DNA of 53,391 nucleotides, taken from Parcubacteria group bacterium (GTDB taxonomy: Bacteria > Patescibacteriota > JABMPQ01). Positions 39,207 to 48,862 of this stretch are shown here, in pieces. Under the pieces are notes generated by a model, which did not search any database, was not told the DNA's origin, and worked only from the letters and a program-made list of their open reading frames with translations. The stretch covers positions 1 through 53,391 of the forward strand of contig JABMPQ010000038.1 in the NCBI GenBank assembly GCA_013202585.1, written 5' to 3'. Each line of letters opens with the position of its first letter. Position 1 is the first letter of the stretch. Both the position numbers and the translations under genes were made by a program.

Positions 39207-39863
39207 TTAACCAGCAACTTCTGCTATAGATTTTGCCCATTTCTCTATTTCTCCGTAGATTGATATTAGAAAAATTAAAATCGCTGCTATGGGTATAGCA
39301 TAAAGCAACGTTTTGCCAATAGCAGCTCCGAGAACAGGTAAAACTACATTTGCTATAAACCAGCGGAAAGCCTGTTTTAACAGCTTGGCTCCTATTTTCC
39401 CTAAGGCCTTGCCCATCTGGGAACCTTTTTTTATTGAACTTTTAGCTAGTTTTTTACCACTTTTCGCTACTACTTTCCGCGCTTGCTGCGCCCGTTGTCC
39501 TTGATTCCTTCTCAGCTCCTCGGCTTGAGCTTGAGCCTGCATATAATAAAATTCTTCATCCATAGCCATAGCCCCGCCATCAGGTTCTAAGTTAGCAGTC
39601 GTAATAGTCTTGGCGATATTACAGCCCGGCCGAGAACCTGTTTCTTCGCCCGCCACCAGCTCGGCAATAGCTTCGATGTCTTTATACTCATTTAGCTGAT
39701 TATATCGATAGCGCCGCCAGACTTTCAACCATCGCCGAGCTGGTAGATAACTACTTAAACCTAGCTTATTCTTTTTTTTATTTTTCAACTTCAAAGACCG
39801 GAAATACTCGGTAAAGTGTTCCTCCCTCTCTGATAGACTTATGTTGTTGTTTACTTCAGCCAT
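39207..39863 (-). CDS. Hypothetical membrane protein of the T4SS cluster
   Basis: Lys/Gly/Ala-rich amphipathic segment followed by C-terminal TM helices. Confidence 0.6.
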   Translation of the reverse strand: MAEVNNNISLSEREEHFTEYFRSLKLKNKKKNKLGLSSYLPARRWLKVWRRYRYNQLNEYKDIEAIAELVAGEETGSRPGCNIAKTITTANLEPDGGAMAMDEEFYYMQAQAQAEELRRNQGQRAQQARKVVAKSGKKLAKSSIKKGSQMGKALGKIGAKLLKQAFRWFIANVVLPVLGAAIGKTLLYAIPIAAILIFLISIYGEIEKWAKSIAEVAG

Positions 39864-39896
39864 AAAGTCGAAAAATTACTTGCGAAGTGAGTGAGA

Positions 39897-39913
39897 TCCC
39901 GATCTGATCGGGA
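39897..39913. repeat. REP-like mini-palindrome TCCCGATC-T-GATCGGGA
   Basis: Same TCCCGAT/ATCGGGA arms as the hairpin in the pseudo-tRNA (7292-7309). Confidence 0.75.
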
Positions 39914-39945
39914 CGAATGAGCAAGCGAACAAGAGACAGAGTCTC

Positions 39946-40668
39946 TTATTTCCAAAAAGCTCCGTCTAACTTCCACTCCTTACTTTCTTTAACAAAATAC
40001 ATTTCTAATAATTGATAATCTTTTTGGGGTGATTGAGTTACTTCGGTAATTTCTTCCTGTTGGCAAGTAACCAATACTTTATAGCTGGTTGAGCCAGAAT
40101 CTATGGCTGCTGAAGATAAAGCCTTAGTAGTAATGCCATAAAAGGCGCCGTCACTGGTAGTAGAGGCTGATCCGGACGTTTTGCCGTCTATCCAAGCTGC
40201 CATTTTTTGCGAAGCATAAGGTTTTATGTCCTGCAAGTTTTTAAAGGGCTGCTTGTCCTTATTAGTATAAGTGCCATATATTTCTGCCAAAGTCTCAGCT
40301 AATTTCAAAACCTGACTTTCTTCAGTTGAGCTAGACTGAGTATCAGTGGTAGACAAGTTGGTTTCATTGGTACTAATAGTGGCGTTAGTAGATTCTTCCG
40401 TCGTATTAGTTTCGGTGGTGTTGGTGTCAGTGGCGGTCTCTTCAGTATCCTGCCCTTCGTCCGTGGTATTAGTGTCGGTAGTACTCTCAGTATCCAAAGA
40501 CGGCGAGGTAAATGTCACCTCCTCGTCTGGACTATTAGTAACAACCTCGTCAGTAGTAGCTGGCGCTTCTTCATCTTTTTTACAGCCGAAAGCAGCCAAC
40601 AGCACGACCAGCAAGCAAGCTATGACTGTCGGGATAATTTTAGGAGTGTTGATTTTTTTCTGTAACAT
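39946..40668 (-). CDS. Lipoprotein with Thr-rich stalk and NTF2-like (VirB8/TcpC-like) domain
   Basis: AAFGC lipobox; T/E/N-rich linker; helix then beta-strands ending 'FVKESKEWKLDG'. Confidence 0.6.
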   Translation of the reverse strand: MLQKKINTPKIIPTVIACLLVVLLAAFGCKKDEEAPATTDEVVTNSPDEEVTFTSPSLDTESTTDTNTTDEGQDTEETATDTNTTETNTTEESTNATISTNETNLSTTDTQSSSTEESQVLKLAETLAEIYGTYTNKDKQPFKNLQDIKPYASQKMAAWIDGKTSGSASTTSDGAFYGITTKALSSAAIDSGSTSYKVLVTCQQEEITEVTQSPQKDYQLLEMYFVKESKEWKLDGAFWK

Positions 40669-40682
40669 ATATTTATTTGAAA

Positions 40683-42641
40683 CTAAGCGTCTGCGGACAT
40701 TTCTTCTGGTTCTGCCGGCTCCCCACCTGGTTCTGCCGATCCTTCTTTTTGCTTTTGGGAGTATTCTTGCTTAGCTTTTTCAATTTCCAACATTTGACGT
40801 GGGTCAGTGGTAATAACTTGATCCTCTGAATAAGAAGCTACTACTTTCATCGCCACATGCTTTGGTCCGGCAAAAAATATCCCTTCCCCAACGTCAGATT
40901 CCAGTAATAAATACTTTTCTTGTTCGGTTAGGTGGAAAGTTTTGGTCAAAACATCGATGCTGGCTGGTGACTGCTTCATTAGTATCTGCATCGCCGAATT
41001 AGTCACAATCGCTTTGCCATAATCGGAGGTCAGAAAGTCATTAACATCCTGGCTGATAGTCGTTAGGCCAACGTAATATTTACGACCTCTCTTGGCCAAG
41101 CTAAACATGAAGCGAGCCGAGTCCTCATATTGCATCATCCACCAAGCTTCATCAACCACGATCATTCGTTTTTTCAGCTGCGCCCGGACAATATTCCAAA
41201 TATAATTAAGCACCACGTACATCGCGATCGGTCGTAATTCATCTTCCAAGTCACGGATACTGACCACTACCAAGCCCGTATCTAGATCAACATTAGTCAG
41301 TTCATTAAATAGGCCAGCAAAAGTTCCCTCGGTATATTTTCTAACTCGGGGTATCAGGTCTTCTGTCCCCGACATTCCTTCTAAAATATCCTGAAAGTCT
41401 TTCATTGTCGGCGGGGTTATCTGTGATAAATCGCTATCGCCAGTAATATCACGTTTAGCATATGTCTCATTCAAAGCTTGATCAATTAAAGCGTCCTCTT
41501 CTTTCGTCATCCGCCCTAACATCAAACGCAATAAACCTTTTAAATTGATGACGGCGGAACGAATAATATCCTTGGTAGTCATATCAGATACGGCTGGTGG
41601 TAAATCAAAAGGATTAATCCGATACTTAGAATCAAGTGATACTCGCAGAAAAGTGCCACCGACCGCTTCAGCTAAATATTTATACTCATTTTCCGGATCA
41701 ACCACAATGACATCGGTGCCAAACATCAAGCTACGCAGAATTTCCAGTTTGACCGCATAACTTTTGCCCGCTCCCGAAGTAGCAAAAACAACTGAATTAG
41801 CATTTGGTAAAGAAAAGCGATCAAACAAGATCAGGCTATTATTATGGCGGTTAATACCATACAAAATTCCCTCGTTAGAAGTTAGTTCGGAAGAAACAAA
41901 GGGATAAGAAGTAGACAACGGACTAGAATTCATACTATTAATGATTTTGAGTTCGTCCTTGCCATAAGGTAAAGTAGAATTGAAACCTTGTTCCATTTGG
42001 AAAACAGCTTTCTTAGAATAAATTAGGCGTTGGCCCAACATACTTTCAATCGTTTTTGTCTTTTCTTCTAAGTCTTTTTTAGTACCAGCGTAAAGAGTGA
42101 TGTAAAGAGCAAAATAGAAAAATCTTTCCGTCCCTTGCACTAACTTGTCACGTAATTCTTCTACATCCTGTATAGCAGTTTGCAACATGGGATCACGTAC
42201 TTGGCCTTTTTCTGCCTGCGCCGAGATGGTTGATTGAATCTGACCAGTCTTGCCTTTCAACGTTTTCAATATCTGTTGCGTTTCTACCGGTGTGATGAAC
42301 ATAGCCACGTCTAGTTCTTCGTTAAGGTTGACTATCGGAGCAAACCAGCCCGTGGTGACATAGCGTGGGTAGGTGAAGACAAATAACGTCCGCACAAATT
42401 GCTGGTTAAGGCGAATGTGGTCCGCTTCGATTTTCATGGCTGCCGGGGCAATAATATCCCGAACGGTTACTACCCCTTTCCGGAAAATTTCCTCCGTTTT
42501 CAGGAGTTGCTTCTTTTCCGCCTCGGTCAAATTAGAGAAACTCTTTTTACCAATAGGAACACTAGCAGCGCTGTCATCAACTGGCGGAGGAGCTGCTTCT
42601 ACGGTTGGTTCATTATTTTCCGAAATATTCTGATTATCCAT
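40683..42641 (-). CDS. virB4: VirB4-like type IV secretion ATPase
   Basis: Walker A ATSGAGKS, VVDPENEY, INPFD, Walker B VVDEAW, KRGRKY and SQDV.D motifs. Confidence 0.9.
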   Translation of the reverse strand: MDNQNISENNEPTVEAAPPPVDDSAASVPIGKKSFSNLTEAEKKQLLKTEEIFRKGVVTVRDIIAPAAMKIEADHIRLNQQFVRTLFVFTYPRYVTTGWFAPIVNLNEELDVAMFITPVETQQILKTLKGKTGQIQSTISAQAEKGQVRDPMLQTAIQDVEELRDKLVQGTERFFYFALYITLYAGTKKDLEEKTKTIESMLGQRLIYSKKAVFQMEQGFNSTLPYGKDELKIINSMNSSPLSTSYPFVSSELTSNEGILYGINRHNNSLILFDRFSLPNANSVVFATSGAGKSYAVKLEILRSLMFGTDVIVVDPENEYKYLAEAVGGTFLRVSLDSKYRINPFDLPPAVSDMTTKDIIRSAVINLKGLLRLMLGRMTKEEDALIDQALNETYAKRDITGDSDLSQITPPTMKDFQDILEGMSGTEDLIPRVRKYTEGTFAGLFNELTNVDLDTGLVVVSIRDLEDELRPIAMYVVLNYIWNIVRAQLKKRMIVVDEAWWMMQYEDSARFMFSLAKRGRKYYVGLTTISQDVNDFLTSDYGKAIVTNSAMQILMKQSPASIDVLTKTFHLTEQEKYLLLESDVGEGIFFAGPKHVAMKVVASYSEDQVITTDPRQMLEIEKAKQEYSQKQKEGSAEPGGEPAEPEEMSADA

Positions 42642-42649
42642 ATCCAAAA

Positions 42650-43438
42650 TTAACCAGTATCTATATTAAGTCTCTCTAATTCAGCTAGAACTTCTGTCCC
42701 CGCCAAATCTGGATTGTAATTAGCGTAAAATAATTCTACCGTCTCTTGCGTATCTAACTTAGCAGCTCGAATGCCCATTCCTCGTAATCCTCCTACTACC
42801 TGAGTAACCCGTTGGTTTAATTCTTGAATGGCTTTATCATAATTGGTTATTTCCATTTTGACTTCCTTGGCCGGAGCTACCATCTGCTTAGCCCGTTCTA
42901 CTACTGACATTCCTCCAATTTTAGGTGCTCCCATATAAGGAACCACTACATAATAGTGATTAGTGGTGATATTGGACATCTCTACTAGTTGCTTGATATA
43001 TTCTCGGTATTCAGCTATCTGCATCCGCAACAGTTCGTTCTCTTGCATTTTTTCCGATTCACCTAGCTTGGTTAGATAAGCTTTGATGTTCAAGATTCGT
43101 GACTGCACGATGATTTGGATGGGGAACTCTAGAGAGTTAAGAAAATCCTGATAGCCAAAAACCATTGATTTCTGCTCATCTTCTGACATCAGGGCGAAAT
43201 TCACCGAGGAAGCCATGACAATTGAACGATAACTACCATCGTTCAATTCTACTACTCCATCTTTTATCCCTTTAATTTTTAAATATTTCTGGGTGCTCAC
43301 TCCCGCTTTACTGGCAGAGCCACTGGAACTGCTTTGACCGGGCAAAAGCTGCGTCAGGGAAGAAAAAAATGACTTTTTCTTGGCTGGCGGTTTTTTGCTT
43401 TTCTCAGCTGGCTTCGGTTGTGTTGGTTGATCAGGCAT
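42650..43438 (-). CDS. T4SS protein resembling the N-terminal region of Gram-positive VirB4/TraC systems
   Basis: 'STQ.YL.I..IKDG...SVNF.L.SE.EQ......YQ.FLNSLEFPIQI' pattern; lies between prgI and virB4. Confidence 0.7.
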   Translation of the reverse strand: MPDQPTQPKPAEKSKKPPAKKKSFFSSLTQLLPGQSSSSGSASKAGVSTQKYLKIKGIKDGVVELNDGSYRSIVMASSVNFALMSEDEQKSMVFGYQDFLNSLEFPIQIIVQSRILNIKAYLTKLGESEKMQENELLRMQIAEYREYIKQLVEMSNITTNHYYVVVPYMGAPKIGGMSVVERAKQMVAPAKEVKMEITNYDKAIQELNQRVTQVVGGLRGMGIRAAKLDTQETVELFYANYNPDLAGTEVLAELERLNIDTG

Positions 43439-43460
43439 TTATAAAATAAATTTGAATTTC

Positions 43461-43482
43461 TGTCCTGAGCGAAGTCGAAGGA
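43461..43482. repeat. REP-like element TGTCCTGAGCGAAGTCGAAGGA
   Basis: TCCT..AGGA arms; GC-rich insert in an AT-rich spacer; resembles a recurrent short intergenic repeat type. Confidence 0.55.
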
Positions 43483-43490
43483 TGGAATTT

Positions 43491-43910
43491 TTACGCTCTG
43501 TCTAACGTGTTGGAAATATCCTGCAATTTGCTCTTCACTAATCGTCTACCTCCTGGTAAAACCATTGTCTCTATCTCCTTTTGAACTGTGACTTTTTTTT
43601 CTTTGGAAAGGGTTTTGATTTTATCGAGGGCTGGTTCCCGAAACCAAACTCGCAAGCGCGGGTTGGTGTGGAAATGAATAAAGGAAACTAGAAAAATCTG
43701 AAAAGGTCGGCCGTTAATTTTGACAAAGGAGAAAGTAACTACTATCACCACCACTATCAGAGCCAGAATAACAAACAGGCTCAGATCAGCTAGAGACCAA
43801 GCAATCAGGAGGGTTACTCCCCCGGCCACCATATATAAAAACTGGCGCACTGTCAGCGGGCCAATCACCTTATCCTCAACTTCAATGAATTGGGGGACAG
43901 CAAATTGCAT
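43491..43910 (-). CDS. PrgI-family (VirB3-like) membrane protein
   Basis: MQFAVPQFIEVEDKVIGPLTVRQF, 2 TM helices, 'KINGRPF' and 'P..RVW' motifs; ATG 43910. Confidence 0.88.
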   Translation of the reverse strand: MQFAVPQFIEVEDKVIGPLTVRQFLYMVAGGVTLLIAWSLADLSLFVILALIVVVIVVTFSFVKINGRPFQIFLVSFIHFHTNPRLRVWFREPALDKIKTLSKEKKVTVQKEIETMVLPGGRRLVKSKLQDISNTLDRA

Positions 43911-43928
43911 GGGAGGGGTATTAGGTTG

Positions 43929-43967
43929 CCCGCCCGCCACGGCTTCGCCGTAGGCGAGTCGGGCGGG
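43929..43967. repeat. Nested GC-rich palindrome CCCGCCCG..ACGGC-TTC-GCCGT..CGGGCGGG
   Basis: Outer and inner inverted repeats read directly. Confidence 0.7.
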
Positions 43968-43973
43968 TAGGAG

Positions 43974-45191
43974 TTAAAATATCCTACTAATTTCCACGAC
44001 CGCTTTGAATTCGGCTTCGGTTAAATAGGGTTGGTTATTTTGTTGACATTCGGCTGCAACTTCCCGGATCGGTTTTTTCGTTTTCATACTAGCCTCGCCC
44101 ATTGCGATATACAGCCTATAGAGCGGAGATTGTTGCCAGTTATTTTTGGCCTGGCTTTTTTCTAAAGGGGAAACGCCAATGAGTTTGATAATTTGTCGCT
44201 TGATCTGCTCAGCCGCCTGATGGGGATCGGGAGATAGTCCCTGCAAATATCCCACTGACAAATTAGCTATGCTAGCAACTGAGTTTATAGTAAACTTTTC
44301 CGGCGCTGGTGAGGCTGGCTTTTTTACCACCTGATCGCCTTTAGTGTCTTTGAGATCAACTACACTGGGTTGGGGTCGTCCGGTTGACACTGGCTGCTTT
44401 CTAGCCGCGCCAGTTGGTTCGCTGGCAGGCGGCTTGGCGGCTTTAGATTTTATAGCTGCCTCCGGCCGAGCTGGGCTGGATTCTAGCCCAACAAACGGGG
44501 CAAATATTTCTAACCCCCAATTATCAAGCGCGCCCACCTCCCAAGAAGATATTTTTAGTAGATCATAGAAATATAGTGTGTCGTGCAAAAGATTTTTCTC
44601 TTCTTCATTCAACCCCTGGCAACTGGGACTCTGAGCAATATATCGGTTTCGCTCTATACTTTTATGGAAACCAGCTCCTAAGAAATTATCATAGTTCGCG
44701 ATCCAGTTTCTGACCTGAGAAGGTTTTTGTTCTCCTTCGGATCTAACAGTAATTTGCTTATCACCAATCTGCTCCCTATTTTCCTTAAGGCTGGCAACAA
44801 TTTTTTTCTTGTAATCGTCACGTACTTCTATTGGAATGCTCATGAGCTTTGTCCTAACCCGCTCAAAGATATCTCTTTCCTTATTGCCCAAAAACTCAAC
44901 GAAGTGACTGCTGATAAAATCCAATACTTCCTGATCAACCAAGGCGGCCAGAGCCACGAATTGAAATTGCACCAACACTTGGTCATATTTCTTAGAAAGA
45001 TCTGGGTCGCTAGCTTTGATGTTAAGTTCGGACAACTTTTTTTGCAGCAATCGAACCATATCATAGGCGTCATCTATGGTATTGTCCCTAAGAAAATCGC
45101 GATACAACTTCTCCAGCTGTGGCAGGGTATCCTTATCACCAACTCTGGTGATATCTATATTATTTTCTTTTAATGTGTCTTCCAACATCAA
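43974..45191 (-). CDS. Conserved hypothetical cytoplasmic protein of the T4SS cluster
   Basis: Two helical domains joined by a Pro-rich linker; C-terminal 'WQQSPLYRLY...LT..EF'. Confidence 0.6.
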   Translation of the reverse strand: MMLEDTLKENNIDITRVGDKDTLPQLEKLYRDFLRDNTIDDAYDMVRLLQKKLSELNIKASDPDLSKKYDQVLVQFQFVALAALVDQEVLDFISSHFVEFLGNKERDIFERVRTKLMSIPIEVRDDYKKKIVASLKENREQIGDKQITVRSEGEQKPSQVRNWIANYDNFLGAGFHKSIERNRYIAQSPSCQGLNEEEKNLLHDTLYFYDLLKISSWEVGALDNWGLEIFAPFVGLESSPARPEAAIKSKAAKPPASEPTGAARKQPVSTGRPQPSVVDLKDTKGDQVVKKPASPAPEKFTINSVASIANLSVGYLQGLSPDPHQAAEQIKRQIIKLIGVSPLEKSQAKNNWQQSPLYRLYIAMGEASMKTKKPIREVAAECQQNNQPYLTEAEFKAVVEISRIF

Positions 45192-45232
45192 TACTTCTTC
45201 CTTTATTTAATACCAAACTAATTAGCTGATCT

Positions 45233-47716
45233 CTACGGTGTAGCACCGGCAGCAAAGCCGGCAGCCATATTCGTAACATGATCTCCAGCCCATTCAATAA
45301 CATTCCTACCAATGCCCCATTTGCCATCTGTCGGAGTCGGTGGAACCACAGCACCAGTATGATCAGTGACCTTTCCAGTGCCTAGCCTTTCCATTTCGCA
45401 AGCCTTGCCGTACATAACTGCCATACGCTCCACATGACTATTATTACTTTCCGTCTGAGTAGCAACCTTTCTGCTTTTCTCCTGCTCCTCTTTGATTAAT
45501 CCTTGTCTCTTCTTTCCTTTACTGCCTTTTATAGCTTTTCCTAAATCTTCTAATTCTCTAGTTGATTTCGCTAGAGCATCTGCCAACTTTTTTACAAAAG
45601 CCGGTTTTATTTGTTCAACTGCTCTCTTTTTTATTGTATCTAAATTCCGCTCGCCTTTTGAATTTATGGCCATATAGGCTTTCAACGGATCACCTCGACC
45701 ATATTCACCCACTCGAGCCGCTTTTTCTCTATCTTCATGCTCAAGCAAATACCAGCCAGCTTGGTGAACATCTTTGAGCTTGCCAGCCGATTCTCTAACA
45801 ATAGCGTTACTATGCATGTCACCCATATAGGCCCGATTACCCATTTTGGCTTTTTTATCTTCGACAATCTCTTCTTGTTCCGCATCCGTCGTATATCTCC
45901 ATTTGCCCTTGTCATTGGTAACCATGCCTGCCGTTCCGAAATGTCCAGCCGCCAAGGTAATCTCTTGTAAATCAGCTACTGTCTGACAAGCCAAAGAACC
46001 TTCTCCTAATTCCAGCTGAAGAGCTTTTTTTAGTAATTGAGGATCAAATTCGGGTTTGCTATCCTTTGTTACTAAATCAGTCCCGTCCTCTTTTTTTATT
46101 CCCATTTTCATGAAAGCTTCTCTATGCTTGTCAAAAAATGCCGGCAGACTTAACAAGTCATTAAGATTATTGGTACCCGCTAATTTACGCAAGTGAGCTC
46201 CTTTTTCTATTTCATTGGCTGCCCCCATATACCCATCTACCAGAGCGGGACTGGACTCAGTGCCAATCTCATTCTCTTTCTCTACCTCTAAGCTTCTTCT
46301 CGCCCTTCTAGCATAATTGGTTTTTTCGTGTCCCAGGCTCATCACATTATTTAGCATATCATGCATCTGACCGCCCGGTTGCGTGTAGGCATCGCTTTCT
46401 AATCTAGCCCTTCTCGTCCGCCAAGCTTCTGGTATCATAGTTGCTGTAGCCGCACCACGGGCAGCCAGTCCAGCTCCTTGAGCAAGAAGATGTAGAGGAA
46501 GGGTAGAAACCGCCCCCAACGCCTTTCCTACTATCCCTTTACCCATCAACCCTTTATTCAATGCGCTCACGCCCTGGGCCATACGTCCCTTGCCCGCTCG
46601 CAAGGCTGTTCTCCGCGCAAAATTACCGCCCAACATCGCCGCTCCTAAACCAACCTTGGTCGCCAGACCCATTCCTCGCCTCGCCAATCCCATCGTCATC
46701 CCAGCTGCCATCGGTGAAAGCGCCTTGGCCATCAGAATCGCCAGATACAAGAAAGTAATCATCACCGCCATCCGGTAAAAACCGTCGGCGGTTAGTAGGC
46801 TGATATTGCCCCGCAACTCTCCCGTCGTTTTCACTTTCATTAAAATACCCTTGCTAGTTGTATCCTCAGTAATGTGATAGGCGACCATACAAGACAAATA
46901 AACCAGAAAACCAGCTACTGGCCCATAAAAGACATACTTAAAAAACTCGTCCCACCACCGCTTAGCGTATTGCTGGGTAGCTGGCAAAATATTAAGAACA
47001 AAGGCGGCTGGTGATAATACCACTAGTACCATCAATACAACATTCCTCATTATAATCAAAGTCGACAGCAAACTAAAAGCCATCATTATCAAAAACATAA
47101 CGAAAATTGTGGCTAAGATAGCAATACTAGCCTCCGTTACTACGTTACTTCCAGGCTCTAATGAACTCCAAGCTGAGCCCGCTATCTTGTGTGGCATCGT
47201 GTTAAAAAGAGCCAAAGAAAACGTGTCCGAATAGTTATAGCCCTTAAAATTAATAAACGTCATCATCAGCACATTGGAAAAATCAATAAAAACCCCCGCG
47301 ATAGTCTTACTAAAATTCACCAACAGAGCAGCATAAATTAACTTCGGCAGCAGTGCTTTATATTGATAAGCCTCGATACGCAGAATAGTGGCAAAAGCAA
47401 TTACCAACAGAGATATAACAAAGAACATATTGAGTACATCGCGAGTGATTCCCCAACCAGCAATAACCACCGGATCATTTATAATATCCGGCGCATTGTG
47501 ATAAACGTGATCAAATAATTTACCAGACAGAACAAAAAAGAAAGTCTCGATTTCTAAAATAAAAGCGAAAATATAGCCAAATAATAAGAAAGTATAATTT
47601 TTAAGTGTCGTCCAGCCATTAGCAAAGGACACTCTAGGTAACAAAGTACCAAACACCACTAGAGCGTAGAATGCGATTTGAAAAAAGATTTTTTTGTTCT
47701 TTGTTTTATTGGCCAC
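45233..47716 (-). CDS. VirB6/TrbL-like polytopic membrane protein with a long C-terminal extension
   Basis: 'GW.ITRDVLNMFF...LLVIAFATIL', 'ALLVNFSK' and 'R.V.L..L..LSP.AF....LP.T...A.RWW..F' motifs; Gly/Ala-rich segment; charged tail. Confidence 0.8.
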   Translation of the reverse strand: MANKTKNKKIFFQIAFYALVVFGTLLPRVSFANGWTTLKNYTFLLFGYIFAFILEIETFFFVLSGKLFDHVYHNAPDIINDPVVIAGWGITRDVLNMFFVISLLVIAFATILRIEAYQYKALLPKLIYAALLVNFSKTIAGVFIDFSNVLMMTFINFKGYNYSDTFSLALFNTMPHKIAGSAWSSLEPGSNVVTEASIAILATIFVMFLIMMAFSLLSTLIIMRNVVLMVLVVLSPAAFVLNILPATQQYAKRWWDEFFKYVFYGPVAGFLVYLSCMVAYHITEDTTSKGILMKVKTTGELRGNISLLTADGFYRMAVMITFLYLAILMAKALSPMAAGMTMGLARRGMGLATKVGLGAAMLGGNFARRTALRAGKGRMAQGVSALNKGLMGKGIVGKALGAVSTLPLHLLAQGAGLAARGAATATMIPEAWRTRRARLESDAYTQPGGQMHDMLNNVMSLGHEKTNYARRARRSLEVEKENEIGTESSPALVDGYMGAANEIEKGAHLRKLAGTNNLNDLLSLPAFFDKHREAFMKMGIKKEDGTDLVTKDSKPEFDPQLLKKALQLELGEGSLACQTVADLQEITLAAGHFGTAGMVTNDKGKWRYTTDAEQEEIVEDKKAKMGNRAYMGDMHSNAIVRESAGKLKDVHQAGWYLLEHEDREKAARVGEYGRGDPLKAYMAINSKGERNLDTIKKRAVEQIKPAFVKKLADALAKSTRELEDLGKAIKGSKGKKRQGLIKEEQEKSRKVATQTESNNSHVERMAVMYGKACEMERLGTGKVTDHTGAVVPPTPTDGKWGIGRNVIEWAGDHVTNMAAGFAAGATP

Positions 47717-47758
47717 TAAATTTGCTAAATTCTAACTGCAAATAACTAGACAGTTTTA

Positions 47759-48853
47759 TTATTTCTTTTCCACCGCTTTGGTTTTCGTCAAATCGGGAGG
47801 AGAAGTCGTACCAGTTGGAGTTACCACGTCAGAAGGAAATTCAATTAATCTATTATCCCCCGTCTTCGTATAAGTAGGAATAATAGCAGTGCTAGAATCA
47901 TCACCATCATCAAGCAAAAATTCTGCTAACCATTTCTTTAAAGGGTCAAGGGCATAACTTTCGATGGCTGTCCCCAACGCCATTTTTGACAAGTTCATTA
48001 CATCTAAGGCTATCTGACTTCTCAAAGTTTCACCAAACTCATCACCAGCTGCACCATGATTTTTGATGATCGCAGCGGCTAATTGACCTTCCACGTTAAT
48101 TTTACGACAGTGATCAGGACGGAACATGGGGTCAACCATGCCGTCATCATCTAAATCATACCAAGAGAGCGTACGACCCCAAGCCTTAGCCTGAGCGCTA
48201 TTAACAGAACAATCTCTAGCTGTAAACAAGCCCTTGCCATTAAACAGTTCGGTTTTAGCTGAATCTTTTTTCTCTTCGCCCAAATCCATAATACTCAACG
48301 CTGCCTCCAGTGAAAGGTTAATATCATTATTTGAGCCAGACACCGTAGTAGTCAACATATTGGGAAGTTCCTTGCGTATCGCGTCCATTTTATCATCAAG
48401 ACTTAAGACGGCAAATTGAGCGATCTTACTCTGATCGAAAGTACACTTCGGATCATGACCTTCCGCGACAAATTTAGTTAAAGCCAACTTCAAATTCCAA
48501 TTAATATTTACGCAAAGCGAATGAGCCGTCAGTCTTTTAAAGACCACGTTGGCTGCCTGAAATAGCACCTTCTCCGTAAACCACTGAGCCAACTGCTCGG
48601 AGGTCATCAAAAAATCAGATCGGGAGGCCGCCGCCATCATAACGTCCCTGATCAAAGGATAAAGGGCTGCTTTCCATACCACCAGTAAAATATTCTCCAA
48701 CAGCGTGGTTAGATCTTGCATGATGGTTACTGGCCAGACAGCTTTAGCCGGCTTAGGAAAAGCAAACACTCCTAGACCAGAAAAGACGATCACAACACAA
48801 ACAACCAGAAAAGTGAGAAGTATTTTGGTTCTAAAGCTATGAGCGGAAAACAT
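47759..48853 (-). CDS. Secreted helical protein, possibly VirB5/TrbJ-like
   Basis: Signal peptide ending PAKA|VWPV; mostly helical with Cys pairs; directly upstream of the virB6-like gene. Confidence 0.45.
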   Translation of the reverse strand: MFSAHSFRTKILLTFLVVCVVIVFSGLGVFAFPKPAKAVWPVTIMQDLTTLLENILLVVWKAALYPLIRDVMMAAASRSDFLMTSEQLAQWFTEKVLFQAANVVFKRLTAHSLCVNINWNLKLALTKFVAEGHDPKCTFDQSKIAQFAVLSLDDKMDAIRKELPNMLTTTVSGSNNDINLSLEAALSIMDLGEEKKDSAKTELFNGKGLFTARDCSVNSAQAKAWGRTLSWYDLDDDGMVDPMFRPDHCRKINVEGQLAAAIIKNHGAAGDEFGETLRSQIALDVMNLSKMALGTAIESYALDPLKKWLAEFLLDDGDDSSTAIIPTYTKTGDNRLIEFPSDVVTPTGTTSPPDLTKTKAVEKK

Positions 48854-48862
48854 TGTTTTTGA

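Noticed and set aside
43911..43940. N-terminal extension of PrgI (MAGGQPNTPP)
   Set aside because: The GTG start comes from the palindromic insert; the family-typical start is MQF at 43910.
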